64,000 bases of DNA from a virus. Position numbers and translations under genes: made by a program. The notes under the pieces are model-generated. The model saw only the letters and a program-made list of their open reading frames with translations, made no database searches and was not told the origin of the DNA. The DNA lies in IMG/VR virus record IMGVR_UViG_3300007513_000026, positions 1 to 64,000 of that record; one strand, written 5' to 3'. This document shows, piece by piece, positions 56,780-64,000 of this stretch (positions are counted from its first letter, which is position 1; the number at the start of each line of letters is the position of its first letter).

Positions 56780-57091
56780 TTATGCGCGCTTTTCTGTCGA
56801 AGTCGTCTTTTTTGACTTGCTTTTGCGCGGGGCGGTAGCTTTTTTCTTCGGTGGGGGGCGCTTGGTGGTCGTTGTCTTTTTGGGACTCACCGTCTTGACC
56901 TCCACTTCGGGGGTAACCGTTTCTACAGCCACTGGTGTGGGGGTTGCTTCTGTTTTTGTCTCCACTGCCGGTGTGGCTTCCACGTTTTCAGTAGTGTCGG
57001 CCGCTGCCGCCAACAGCCTCGCTCGGGGGTGTGCCGAGTGTTTTGTGGCGAATTTTGCTTTCGCGCTGTTAAGTCTTCTTTTCTTGCCCAT
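56780..57091 (-). CDS. Low-complexity K/T/P/A-rich protein with a histone-H1-like tail
   Basis: Basic termini, GGAG RBS and a late-type motif at 57117. Confidence 0.55.
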   Translation of the reverse strand: MGKKRRLNSAKAKFATKHSAHPRARLLAAAADTTENVEATPAVETKTEATPTPVAVETVTPEVEVKTVSPKKTTTTKRPPPKKKATAPRKSKSKKTTSTEKRA

Positions 57092-57194
57092 GATAACTCC
57101 TTTATGGTTTGTAAAGTAAATAGTATGTATTTTGCAAAAACGAAAATCTCAAAAAATTGGGCGCGGTATTTTTGAGGGGATCGCCTTTTTACAC

Positions 57195-57221
57195 AAAAAA
57201 ACCCCCTCCGAAGAGGGGGGG
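57195..57221 (-). terminator. Intrinsic terminator with a UUCG loop
   Basis: CCCCCTC-TTCG-GAGGGGG followed by T7. Confidence 0.88.
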
Positions 57222-57258
57222 AAATATAAAGATATATTTTAAATGTTATATCAAATTA

Positions 57259-57789
57259 TCAAGTAGAGCCAAAAGGTGTGGCGGGAGTGCCAGTTGCAAC
57301 TTGTAATCCTTCAACGAGCCACAAATCTGCCTTAATGTTAGTAATTCGACAAGTGGTGCCCATGATACCGGTCCCATCACCATCGAATTGCACAAAATCA
57401 TAACCATCACCTTGAACTGCTGGAAAGCATTTTACGGCATCGCTGGTATCTGTATCAACATTCAAGAAGTTACCAACCATATCTTCGTTCGTCGTGTCGG
57501 AGCAAATCACCTTGTGTTCATTTGAGGTTGCAGTGACGGCACACACAACATCAATATACCACCCAATGAGGTCTCCGTCACCAGAATCCGGTAACGTAAG
57601 CGCTGCGCCATCGGCGTCGTTAAAAATATACAACTTGCCCGAATCGGCCGCTGTCAGCGTCGTATCATCCTCAATATTGCTATATGGCAATTTAACACCA
57701 GCCAGTGTTGCGCCATTCATCTGTAATTCTCTCTTTAAATTCTGAATCAATGCTTGGGTTCTCGCCAAGCCTACTCTTTTAGTTCCCAT
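57259..57789 (-). CDS. Probable capsid decoration / minor structural protein
   Basis: Immediately follows the major capsid gene. It is beta-rich with TLTAADSG...LTLP. Confidence 0.5.
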   Translation of the reverse strand: MGTKRVGLARTQALIQNLKRELQMNGATLAGVKLPYSNIEDDTTLTAADSGKLYIFNDADGAALTLPDSGDGDLIGWYIDVVCAVTATSNEHKVICSDTTNEDMVGNFLNVDTDTSDAVKCFPAVQGDGYDFVQFDGDGTGIMGTTCRITNIKADLWLVEGLQVATGTPATPFGST

Positions 57790-57872
57790 TTTTATAACCC
57801 TCCATTTGTAATCATGTCATTTAACATGGGATAAACCTTTCGGTTCGTACATAAGTAGTCTTTACACATACG

Positions 57873-57900
57873 AAAGCCTCCTTCAAAAGAAGGAGGCTTT
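57873..57900. terminator. Terminator hairpin after the major capsid gene
   Basis: AAAGCCTCCTTC-AAAA-GAAGGAGGCTTT. Confidence 0.8.
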
Positions 57901-57934
57901 GTATTGGTTTGCTACTATTATTTAGCTAATTGAT

Positions 57935-59743
57935 TTAGCTAGTGGCACCCGCTTCGCCCATGAGACCGCGCACGACGACTAAGCCGTACAAGTCAGGACG
58001 CACCATCTTCTTGGCATAACGAGTCATGACTCCCTTACGGGGCACGAAGTCCTCTGGTCCAAAGATGGTAGGTGTGGTCTGCAGTGGCACGTACGGAGCG
58101 TACACATATCCAGATTCAAGGAAACTGGATCCTCTGCGGCCAACCAAGATGACGTTGCGGAGGAAGTAAGGATCGACGATAACGTCGAACTTCTTGCTCA
58201 GCGAGCCAACCTTGACAGCACCAATGCTACCCTTCTCATCATCGGCGGTAACGCTTGCGCGGAAACCAGCGGTGAATTCGAGAATGTTAGCAATCTCAGG
58301 TGAACAGACGATGAAGTTAGCACCACCACGAAGAGTCTTACGGTGAATCTGCGCGGACACATCATTGATGGTCTCTGCAAGAGTCTCGTACCACTCAGAC
58401 ACTGTGCCGGTGAAATCGGGAGCAGCCGAACTGGCACCGATTTCCAGACCAGTTTCACGGTTCACGAAGAGACCGGGAGCACGTGCCCAGTAATAGACCG
58501 CTGCAGTAGCACCTTGAACAAGGTCTGCAAGGATCTCGCGGTCAATCTCAAGAGCAATCTGCTCGGAGAGAATGCTGGTAAGCTCGACTTCAGCGTCAAG
58601 GTTGTGATAGGCATTAAGATCCTGTCCCAACTCTGGCGTCCACTTAGCCTTCAGCTTCTTGGTCTGCGCAGTGATAGCCACGGAATCGACTTTGATATCG
58701 ATCTCGGGGATATTGACTTGGTTTTCCAAGCCCCACTCTGCCTGACCAACCACAGAACCGAGAGCCCCACCACTGGTGAGATCATCAGTCTGTGCCCAAG
58801 AGAGCGTGTTTGTCGAAGCTGTGATACCCGACATAACTGCGTTCTTAAGGTCAAGTCCACCAGCGGCATGAGCACCATCTGCTCCAAGACCGGTAAAACC
58901 GAGAAGAACATAGGGTGTAGCTGACGCACTAACCTCGCGAGTGAATCGACGAATAAGGCGTGCCATATTGTTTCCAGCAGCATCCTGCACAACGCCATTA
59001 CCAGCGGAGCTAGAGATACTAAAGGACTGAGGTCCGTCAAGGTTGACCTGGTCCAGACCACTCTTAAGAACTCGGACGAATGCAAGCGTGGTAGAGCCAG
59101 AAACAAGATCCGCATCAAAGCGCCCTTCCTTCATAAGAGCCGAACCATTAGTGTCTACGTCGCCCCAGGCGCCATAATTGCCTGCCAGAGGAGTAGTGGT
59201 CACGGCATTACCGAGGCCCGAACCAGTCGGAGAAGAATAACCGTTGTTAAGGTTATAAGGTCCGCCTGCAAGACCAACACCATACTCATCAAGATCCACA
59301 CCTCCGGTGATTTGCGAACCAACAGCGTTTCCGCCATAGAACGAACCGGACCACTTGTATCCCAAACGAGAGTACATGTCATCCACGCCGTCTCCGGTGT
59401 CCCGACTCACAGTGAAGTCGAGGAAGAAGATGAGACCCGAAGGGAGACTCATCGGCTGAACGCTAACGAGGTCGTTAGCAATCAGGCCAGCGAAAACACG
59501 ACGAACGATGGGGAATGCGACGGCTGCGAAACCTTCAACATCACCACCAGCCATGGTGCTGGACTCACGGAGAAGTTCCTTAGCTTGGTTCTCAAGCAAA
59601 CGTGCCATACTCTGACGACCTCGATCACTATCTAAACCTTCTAAAAGACCAGTCTTCTCCCACTTATTTAACAATGCGTGACCTTCGGCCCGCATATCAC
59701 GATTGACAATACCTTCTGTCAATCTTTCTACGATACTAGACAT
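57935..59743 (-). CDS. Major capsid protein (T4 gp23-like)
   Basis: LLENQ, PIVRRV, VQPMSLP.G.IF, KLKA.WT.E..QDL.A.H, EIDREI, YAPYVPL and P..GVMTRY motifs. Confidence 0.95.
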   Translation of the reverse strand: MSSIVERLTEGIVNRDMRAEGHALLNKWEKTGLLEGLDSDRGRQSMARLLENQAKELLRESSTMAGGDVEGFAAVAFPIVRRVFAGLIANDLVSVQPMSLPSGLIFFLDFTVSRDTGDGVDDMYSRLGYKWSGSFYGGNAVGSQITGGVDLDEYGVGLAGGPYNLNNGYSSPTGSGLGNAVTTTPLAGNYGAWGDVDTNGSALMKEGRFDADLVSGSTTLAFVRVLKSGLDQVNLDGPQSFSISSSAGNGVVQDAAGNNMARLIRRFTREVSASATPYVLLGFTGLGADGAHAAGGLDLKNAVMSGITASTNTLSWAQTDDLTSGGALGSVVGQAEWGLENQVNIPEIDIKVDSVAITAQTKKLKAKWTPELGQDLNAYHNLDAEVELTSILSEQIALEIDREILADLVQGATAAVYYWARAPGLFVNRETGLEIGASSAAPDFTGTVSEWYETLAETINDVSAQIHRKTLRGGANFIVCSPEIANILEFTAGFRASVTADDEKGSIGAVKVGSLSKKFDVIVDPYFLRNVILVGRRGSSFLESGYVYAPYVPLQTTPTIFGPEDFVPRKGVMTRYAKKMVRPDLYGLVVVRGLMGEAGATS

Positions 59744-59765
59744 TTTAATACCTCCTAAATTTGTA

Positions 59766-60926
59766 TTATTTTATTCCTGCTAGTTGACGCATTCGTTGTG
59801 TGAATGTGTCAGTGGGTTGTGCAGACTCTTTACGAGTCGCACGAATTACAGAAGATGGACGGGAAATAGCTTCGCTAAGTGATTGTGGGCCTCTCTTTGG
59901 AGGTGCCGCCACCGTGCTTTCAAGCGTATTGTAAATTGTCTTTGCTTCTGCGACTGAACCTGCTTTAGAAATAGCTTCGGCAATTCTTGTTTTTTGCCGC
60001 TCATTTAACGAGGTATTTCTCAAAACACGATTCGTGTAAAGCAAACGTGCATTAGAAAGGTTAACGCCTTGAAGGCTTTCCTTAATTTCTAATGTTGCCT
60101 GCTTGTATTGTGAAAGTTGCTCTTTGAGTTGTTTATTCTCGAAAACTAACTCTTCTTGAGCTTTCTTCATATCTTTTAATTCATCTTCAATGCCGGTACT
60201 ACGACGATGGGCGAGAGCCTTTTCTAACTCCCACTTAATACTTTCGGAGGAGCGGCCGGCCCATCCTGAAAGTTCTGCGCCCATATCGACGGTAAGTTTC
60301 TCAACGAGGGAATCAATCAATTCCTCGGAGATTTCGACTTCTTCGTTCTTAGTTTCTTCCTGACCACCTTCGCCGGATTCTTCATCTTGCTTACCAGAGG
60401 CAGATACCAAAGCTGCATCAGCAGCGGCTTGGCTGTCGTCGGTGTCGCCATATTCTGTGGCTTCGCCGTCTTCCGACAAAATGGATGCCAAGTCATCGAC
60501 ATCAAATGTTAACTCTTCATCAATCTCAGCCTGGAGTGCTGCAACGGATTCGCGCAGGGAGCCCAAATCAAGCTCAACTTCAACAGGCTCACCTTCGGTG
60601 GGAATGCCTCTATTGTTCTCGCCTGGCATTTCGGCCAAGCTATCGGTAGCTGCGAAGGGAACGTCTTCCACGTCTTCATCGATTGGATCCGCTTCGCCTA
60701 TTCCGCCTTCTGGGGTTTCCTCTAATCCAAGGTTTCCCAAATCGTCTCCCTCAATCGGAGGAGGTGCATCACCCGCCATTCCCAACTCATCTTGTTCTAA
60801 CAACTTTTCAAGCGTCTGACGGACCTCGTCAGAATACTTATCGATAATCTCGGTTTCAGCATGCTTTAACGCGGCTTCTCTCAAAGCCGCCGCATCAACG
60901 ATAGCTTCCTTTAATAAACTTGACAT
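59766..60926 (-). CDS. Prohead scaffolding/core protein
   Basis: Acidic coiled coil directly upstream of the major capsid gene, with many LxE sites. It ends RMRQLAGIK. Confidence 0.75.
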   Translation of the reverse strand: MSSLLKEAIVDAAALREAALKHAETEIIDKYSDEVRQTLEKLLEQDELGMAGDAPPPIEGDDLGNLGLEETPEGGIGEADPIDEDVEDVPFAATDSLAEMPGENNRGIPTEGEPVEVELDLGSLRESVAALQAEIDEELTFDVDDLASILSEDGEATEYGDTDDSQAAADAALVSASGKQDEESGEGGQEETKNEEVEISEELIDSLVEKLTVDMGAELSGWAGRSSESIKWELEKALAHRRSTGIEDELKDMKKAQEELVFENKQLKEQLSQYKQATLEIKESLQGVNLSNARLLYTNRVLRNTSLNERQKTRIAEAISKAGSVAEAKTIYNTLESTVAAPPKRGPQSLSEAISRPSSVIRATRKESAQPTDTFTQRMRQLAGIK

Positions 60927-60992
60927 AGAGTACTCCCTAAAAAAAACATTTTTTCAAAATAAATAGTGTCTTGGAAGCCAAAAAGACGTTGT

Positions 60993-62141
60993 TTATGATC
61001 CGGTTTTACCGATTACCCACCATTTATTCCCGTCTGACTGAAATGTTATTGTGGAGAAAACCATCTTGATGGTGATGGAGTCGGAAATATCTAACTTTCC
61101 TTCCTCTACTTTAATTTTCAAAGGATGAGAATTTAAACTATATTGTTTTGTTGTCATTTTCTTAAATATAAGCACTCTTCCGCGATGATTGCATGCGGGG
61201 GGCAACGTGACAGTGATATTGGTCGTAGCTGTATCGCACAAGACTGTATAATCCTGGGGGCCCACATCGTATTCTGCGTCTGTAGTAGTGGTAATATTCT
61301 TGACTACCGCACCATTACATGTGACTTGTCCTTCGAACTCTACATTGCCGAGAGTTTTGAGGGATTTAGAGACCACTTTGCCGCCCACATTTAAAATGTC
61401 GTTCTTCATATCATACTTCAAACCAGAAGCTGCGCCAAAGCCTTTACCATCTTTTATTTGAAGACTACCTGGGGCTCCACTGGGGGCGGGCGATTTAGTT
61501 CGAATGTAAGATTCATATAAATTAGACAATGAAGTGTGGCATACCATGTCCCGCGAGGCATCCTGAATCAACAAAAGGTCATTATCACTAAGGTTTTGTC
61601 CTTCGGCTCTGACGTTGGTGCTATTCTCTGGATCGATAGCAAGCCTTCTATCTCTAAAAGATAAACCTTGATGCGGGGCCAACGAAACACTGGTTCCTTC
61701 TTCGCTTGTAGTAATTCCCTCATAAGGTTTTATTTGTAGCTCTCCGCGAATGTCGGCCAAGCCAGGAGCAAGCTGCAGGGACGTGGCTGAAATCTTTCCG
61801 TCAAACTGATCCACGGGCACTTTCTTAAGCCCGCAGGCATTTCCCGAAATATCTCCTTGCACCAAGAGATTCTTCGCATGAAGAATATCGTTTTCATAAA
61901 TTAAATCAAACTGAGCAACGCCAGTGGTGCCTTCGTCATATGTCAAAAGCGCCCCTCGGCGACTACCTTTGATTTTCGTAATCGCTACATCTTTCATTGT
62001 GGCACAAGGGCTGGCTGCATCTGTATCATAGAAGACGCTAGCGCTAATTGTGTTCTTGAAAATTTTAATGCCATCAATCTCTTGATCGCCATATTGGTCT
62101 ACCGACCCTTCTACGGTGCCTTTTAAAACGTTGTAAGCCAT
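60993..62141 (-). CDS. Virion fibre-like structural protein
   Basis: MAYN start and a C-terminal ITVTLP...GRVLIFK...SDGNKW beta domain. Confidence 0.5.
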   Translation of the reverse strand: MAYNVLKGTVEGSVDQYGDQEIDGIKIFKNTISASVFYDTDAASPCATMKDVAITKIKGSRRGALLTYDEGTTGVAQFDLIYENDILHAKNLLVQGDISGNACGLKKVPVDQFDGKISATSLQLAPGLADIRGELQIKPYEGITTSEEGTSVSLAPHQGLSFRDRRLAIDPENSTNVRAEGQNLSDNDLLLIQDASRDMVCHTSLSNLYESYIRTKSPAPSGAPGSLQIKDGKGFGAASGLKYDMKNDILNVGGKVVSKSLKTLGNVEFEGQVTCNGAVVKNITTTTDAEYDVGPQDYTVLCDTATTNITVTLPPACNHRGRVLIFKKMTTKQYSLNSHPLKIKVEEGKLDISDSITIKMVFSTITFQSDGNKWWVIGKTGS

Positions 62142-62171
62142 TTGTTCCCTCGCTCTATAATTAGCATGCTT

Positions 62172-62384
62172 TTATTTATCTGTAACTATGAAACTACCAA
62201 AATTAACGCAACTTTCGTGACGACATGCGAGATCATATTCATTTAGCACAGAACGCACTATCTCTTTCATTCTTTCAGAGTGTCCGGTGATAATCTTGCA
62301 CGGAATATCGCTCCGATAAATAAACCTATGAATCTTATATTCGGCCTCGTCATGAAGAGTTCCGTGTAAATCTAAAGTGTCCAT
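62172..62384 (-). CDS. Stand-alone minimal Smr-domain protein
   Basis: TLDLHG...IITGHS...MKEIV...NFG. Confidence 0.8.
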   Translation of the reverse strand: MDTLDLHGTLHDEAEYKIHRFIYRSDIPCKIITGHSERMKEIVRSVLNEYDLACRHESCVNFGSFIVTDK

Positions 62385-62398
62385 ATCAATAAATAGTC

Positions 62399-62432
62399 AA
62401 AAAAAAGGATGCCCCCCGAAAGAGAGGCATCC
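62399..62432 (-). terminator. Intrinsic terminator
   Basis: GGATGCCTCTC-TTTC-GGGGGGCATCC followed by T8. Confidence 0.88.
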
Positions 62433-62472
62433 AAAACAAGATAAAAACCTTGCAACTAAAGAAAACGTTAGT

Positions 62473-64000
62473 CTACAAGATGACAAACGTGTCAGCAGCA
62501 ACATAGAACAAGTTAACAGCACCATGTGGTGATTCAATCACAATAGAAGCAGTACTACCATCAAAAGTTTGCGAACCTACTCTAGCAATCGTCAGAGTGT
62601 TGGTTGTGCTAACTCCAGCAGGAGCTTTAATGCGCACAACATCGCCGGCCTCCAAGTTACTAGAAGCAATCATAGTCCAAGTGCGTGGCGCGGTGAACGT
62701 TGCATTACCATAATTTAACCCTTCAGCTAAAGTGGCATCTACGTTTCCAATGGCATTGGGCGCTGAGCTAGCAGCCGAAACGCTAAACACGCCGTTAGTT
62801 GCAGTAATGCCCGTTCCAGCCATGGCGGTAGCCAAGTCTGCAATGCTTTCTTTACGTGTGTTGTTGCCGTCGCTAGAATCAACAATAGCAAGACTATCCA
62901 GAGCCACATCAACTGCAGCAGCCGATAACGAATTCATGTCTAGTTTCCAGTCACTTACAGCAGCAGAAGCGTCATAAGTCGTTCCGCCCAAACCTGAGTT
63001 AACAGCTTTAGAAAGCGCGTTAGTCAGAGTAGCAGTTAACTTAGGAGTGCCATCACCACCAAGAACCAAAGCATCGCCAGTTTGTGTCAGCGTCAAATCA
63101 CCATTATCAAAGTTGATAACGCCACCTTCCGCGAGGAAGAGGTCGCTAAACTGTAAGGCAGTTGTACCGAGAGCAGCACCATTATTAGTCTTTGGGGTGA
63201 TACCAGAGGCGACTGTAACGACACCCAAATCGGTTAATCTAAGCACTTCAGTTCCATCATACTGATTGAAAACCAAATCATCGCCATCAACCATGAGATT
63301 TACATCAACGTCGCCTGCAGTGGTATCAACATCGATAGTCAATTTTGCAGTACCGGCATCTTTGAATTCAAAGTTTCCACCAGCAGCATCGAGAACGATG
63401 TCTGTGGTTGAATCCAAAGTTAAATCTCCAGTTGAATTAATAGAGATCGGTGTAGCAGCAATAGTCAGACCAGTTGTTCCGTCGTGAGTAAAAGTAGCAT
63501 CGCTACCTAGACCCATCGAAAGAACCGCCGAATCAGACAACAGTGATACGTCATCGCCAACCAGAAGATCAAGAGCAACCGAAGCACCACCGTCCACAAC
63601 AAGAGCGGCAGTGCCGATAGCAGAAGCGGCGGTAGTGCTAGCAACATCTAGAACACCAGCAGCCGAAACAGTCACTGGAGTGGCGGCACCGATAGTGGTC
63701 ACACCAGCAGCACTAGCTAAGGTAGTTGCCTGAGTCGAACTCAAACCACCAACAACATCAGTATCGCCAGTTATATCAACGTCGCCACTAGAAACGATCT
63801 TAAGATCAGTTCCGTCGCCAGAGATATATTCACCAGCGTCACCAAAGGCAAGTCGGGCGCCTGAAGCGGCCATGACGCAGTTATTAGCTGATTGATCTGT
63901 CAAAGTGAATTTAGAAGTGTTTCCAATGTTCAGAATTGCACCATCAGATAATAGATCCAAATCATCACCGATAACTGCACTCTTAGCAACACTCAAACCA
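62473..64000 (-). CDS. Long fibre-like structural protein, 5' end beyond the window
   Basis: G/A/T/D-rich beta-repeat protein with GDDLDLLSD / GDDVSLLSD repeats. The frame is open to the window edge. Confidence 0.7.
   Translation of the reverse strand, partial: GLSVAKSAVIGDDLDLLSDGAILNIGNTSKFTLTDQSANNCVMAASGARLAFGDAGEYISGDGTDLKIVSSGDVDITGDTDVVGGLSSTQATTLASAAGVTTIGAATPVTVSAAGVLDVASTTAASAIGTAALVVDGGASVALDLLVGDDVSLLSDSAVLSMGLGSDATFTHDGTTGLTIAATPISINSTGDLTLDSTTDIVLDAAGGNFEFKDAGTAKLTIDVDTTAGDVDVNLMVDGDDLVFNQYDGTEVLRLTDLGVVTVASGITPKTNNGAALGTTALQFSDLFLAEGGVINFDNGDLTLTQTGDALVLGGDGTPKLTATLTNALSKAVNSGLGGTTYDASAAVSDWKLDMNSLSAAAVDVALDSLAIVDSSDGNNTRKESIADLATAMAGTGITATNGVFSVSAASSAPNAIGNVDATLAEGLNYGNATFTAPRTWTMIASSNLEAGDVVRIKAPAGVSTTNTLTIARVGSQTFDGSTASIVIESPHGAVNLFYVAADTFVIL

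Larger units (their letters stand above)
2690..62397 (-). promoter_or_regulatory. Dispersed putative late-promoter motif, sense consensus ACTA(T/A/C)TTA, about 15 copies
   Basis: Plus-strand TAA(A/T/G)TAG(T) at 2690, 3360, 9179, 16343, 49030, 50855, 53969, 56717, 57117, 57852, 60960, 62158 and 62390, with variants at 3921 and 50185. Each lies a short distance upstream of a minus-strand start. Confidence 0.75.

Noticed and set aside
183-63487. The many plus-strand ORFs in the track (e.g. 46492..47355, 58343..58924, 19100..19627)
   Set aside because: They lie antisense to well-supported minus-strand genes and show no recognisable motifs. They are shadow ORFs.
1-64000. Stop-codon reassignment as seen in some large phages
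   Set aside because: Genes are full length in the standard code, and TAA, TAG and TGA all serve as stops.

Overview
This window is a 64-kb slice of a large, probably lytic, contractile-tailed phage (a distant T4-like myovirus). Essentially every real gene is on the minus strand and reads in the standard code. Reading right to left, it first has a virion module: fibre-like proteins, scaffold, gp23-like major capsid, neck proteins, sheath, tube, tail chaperones, tape measure and baseplate. Next is a replication and nucleotide module: a minimal PolA-family polymerase, a divergent tubulin/FtsZ-like protein, gp32-like SSB, RecA, a 5'-3' exonuclease, DnaB, class II RNR, DnaE, dUTPase, IMPDH/GMPR and three adenine-methyltransferase homologues. 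It also encodes an amidase endolysin and an unusually full protein-quality-control set (GroEL, GroES-like, J-domain protein, two ClpPs, thioredoxin, trypsin-like protease), then more fibre genes at the left end. Two promoter classes are readable directly: near-perfect sigma70 TTGACA-17-TATAAT promoters before replication and metabolic genes, and a sense-strand ACTA(T/A/C)TTA motif before structural genes. The best candidates for new biology are (i) the thumb-truncated PolA, signature-less tubulin and SSB cluster, (ii) several intact genes whose catalytic motifs have decayed, (iii) a possible two-subunit ClpP within a phage chaperone network, (iv) a +1/-2 frameshift site in the tail chaperone genes, and (v) terminator hairpins fused to promoters. 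All calls come from motif recognition by eye and no database search was run. No tRNA, CRISPR array, integrase or transposase was recognised.
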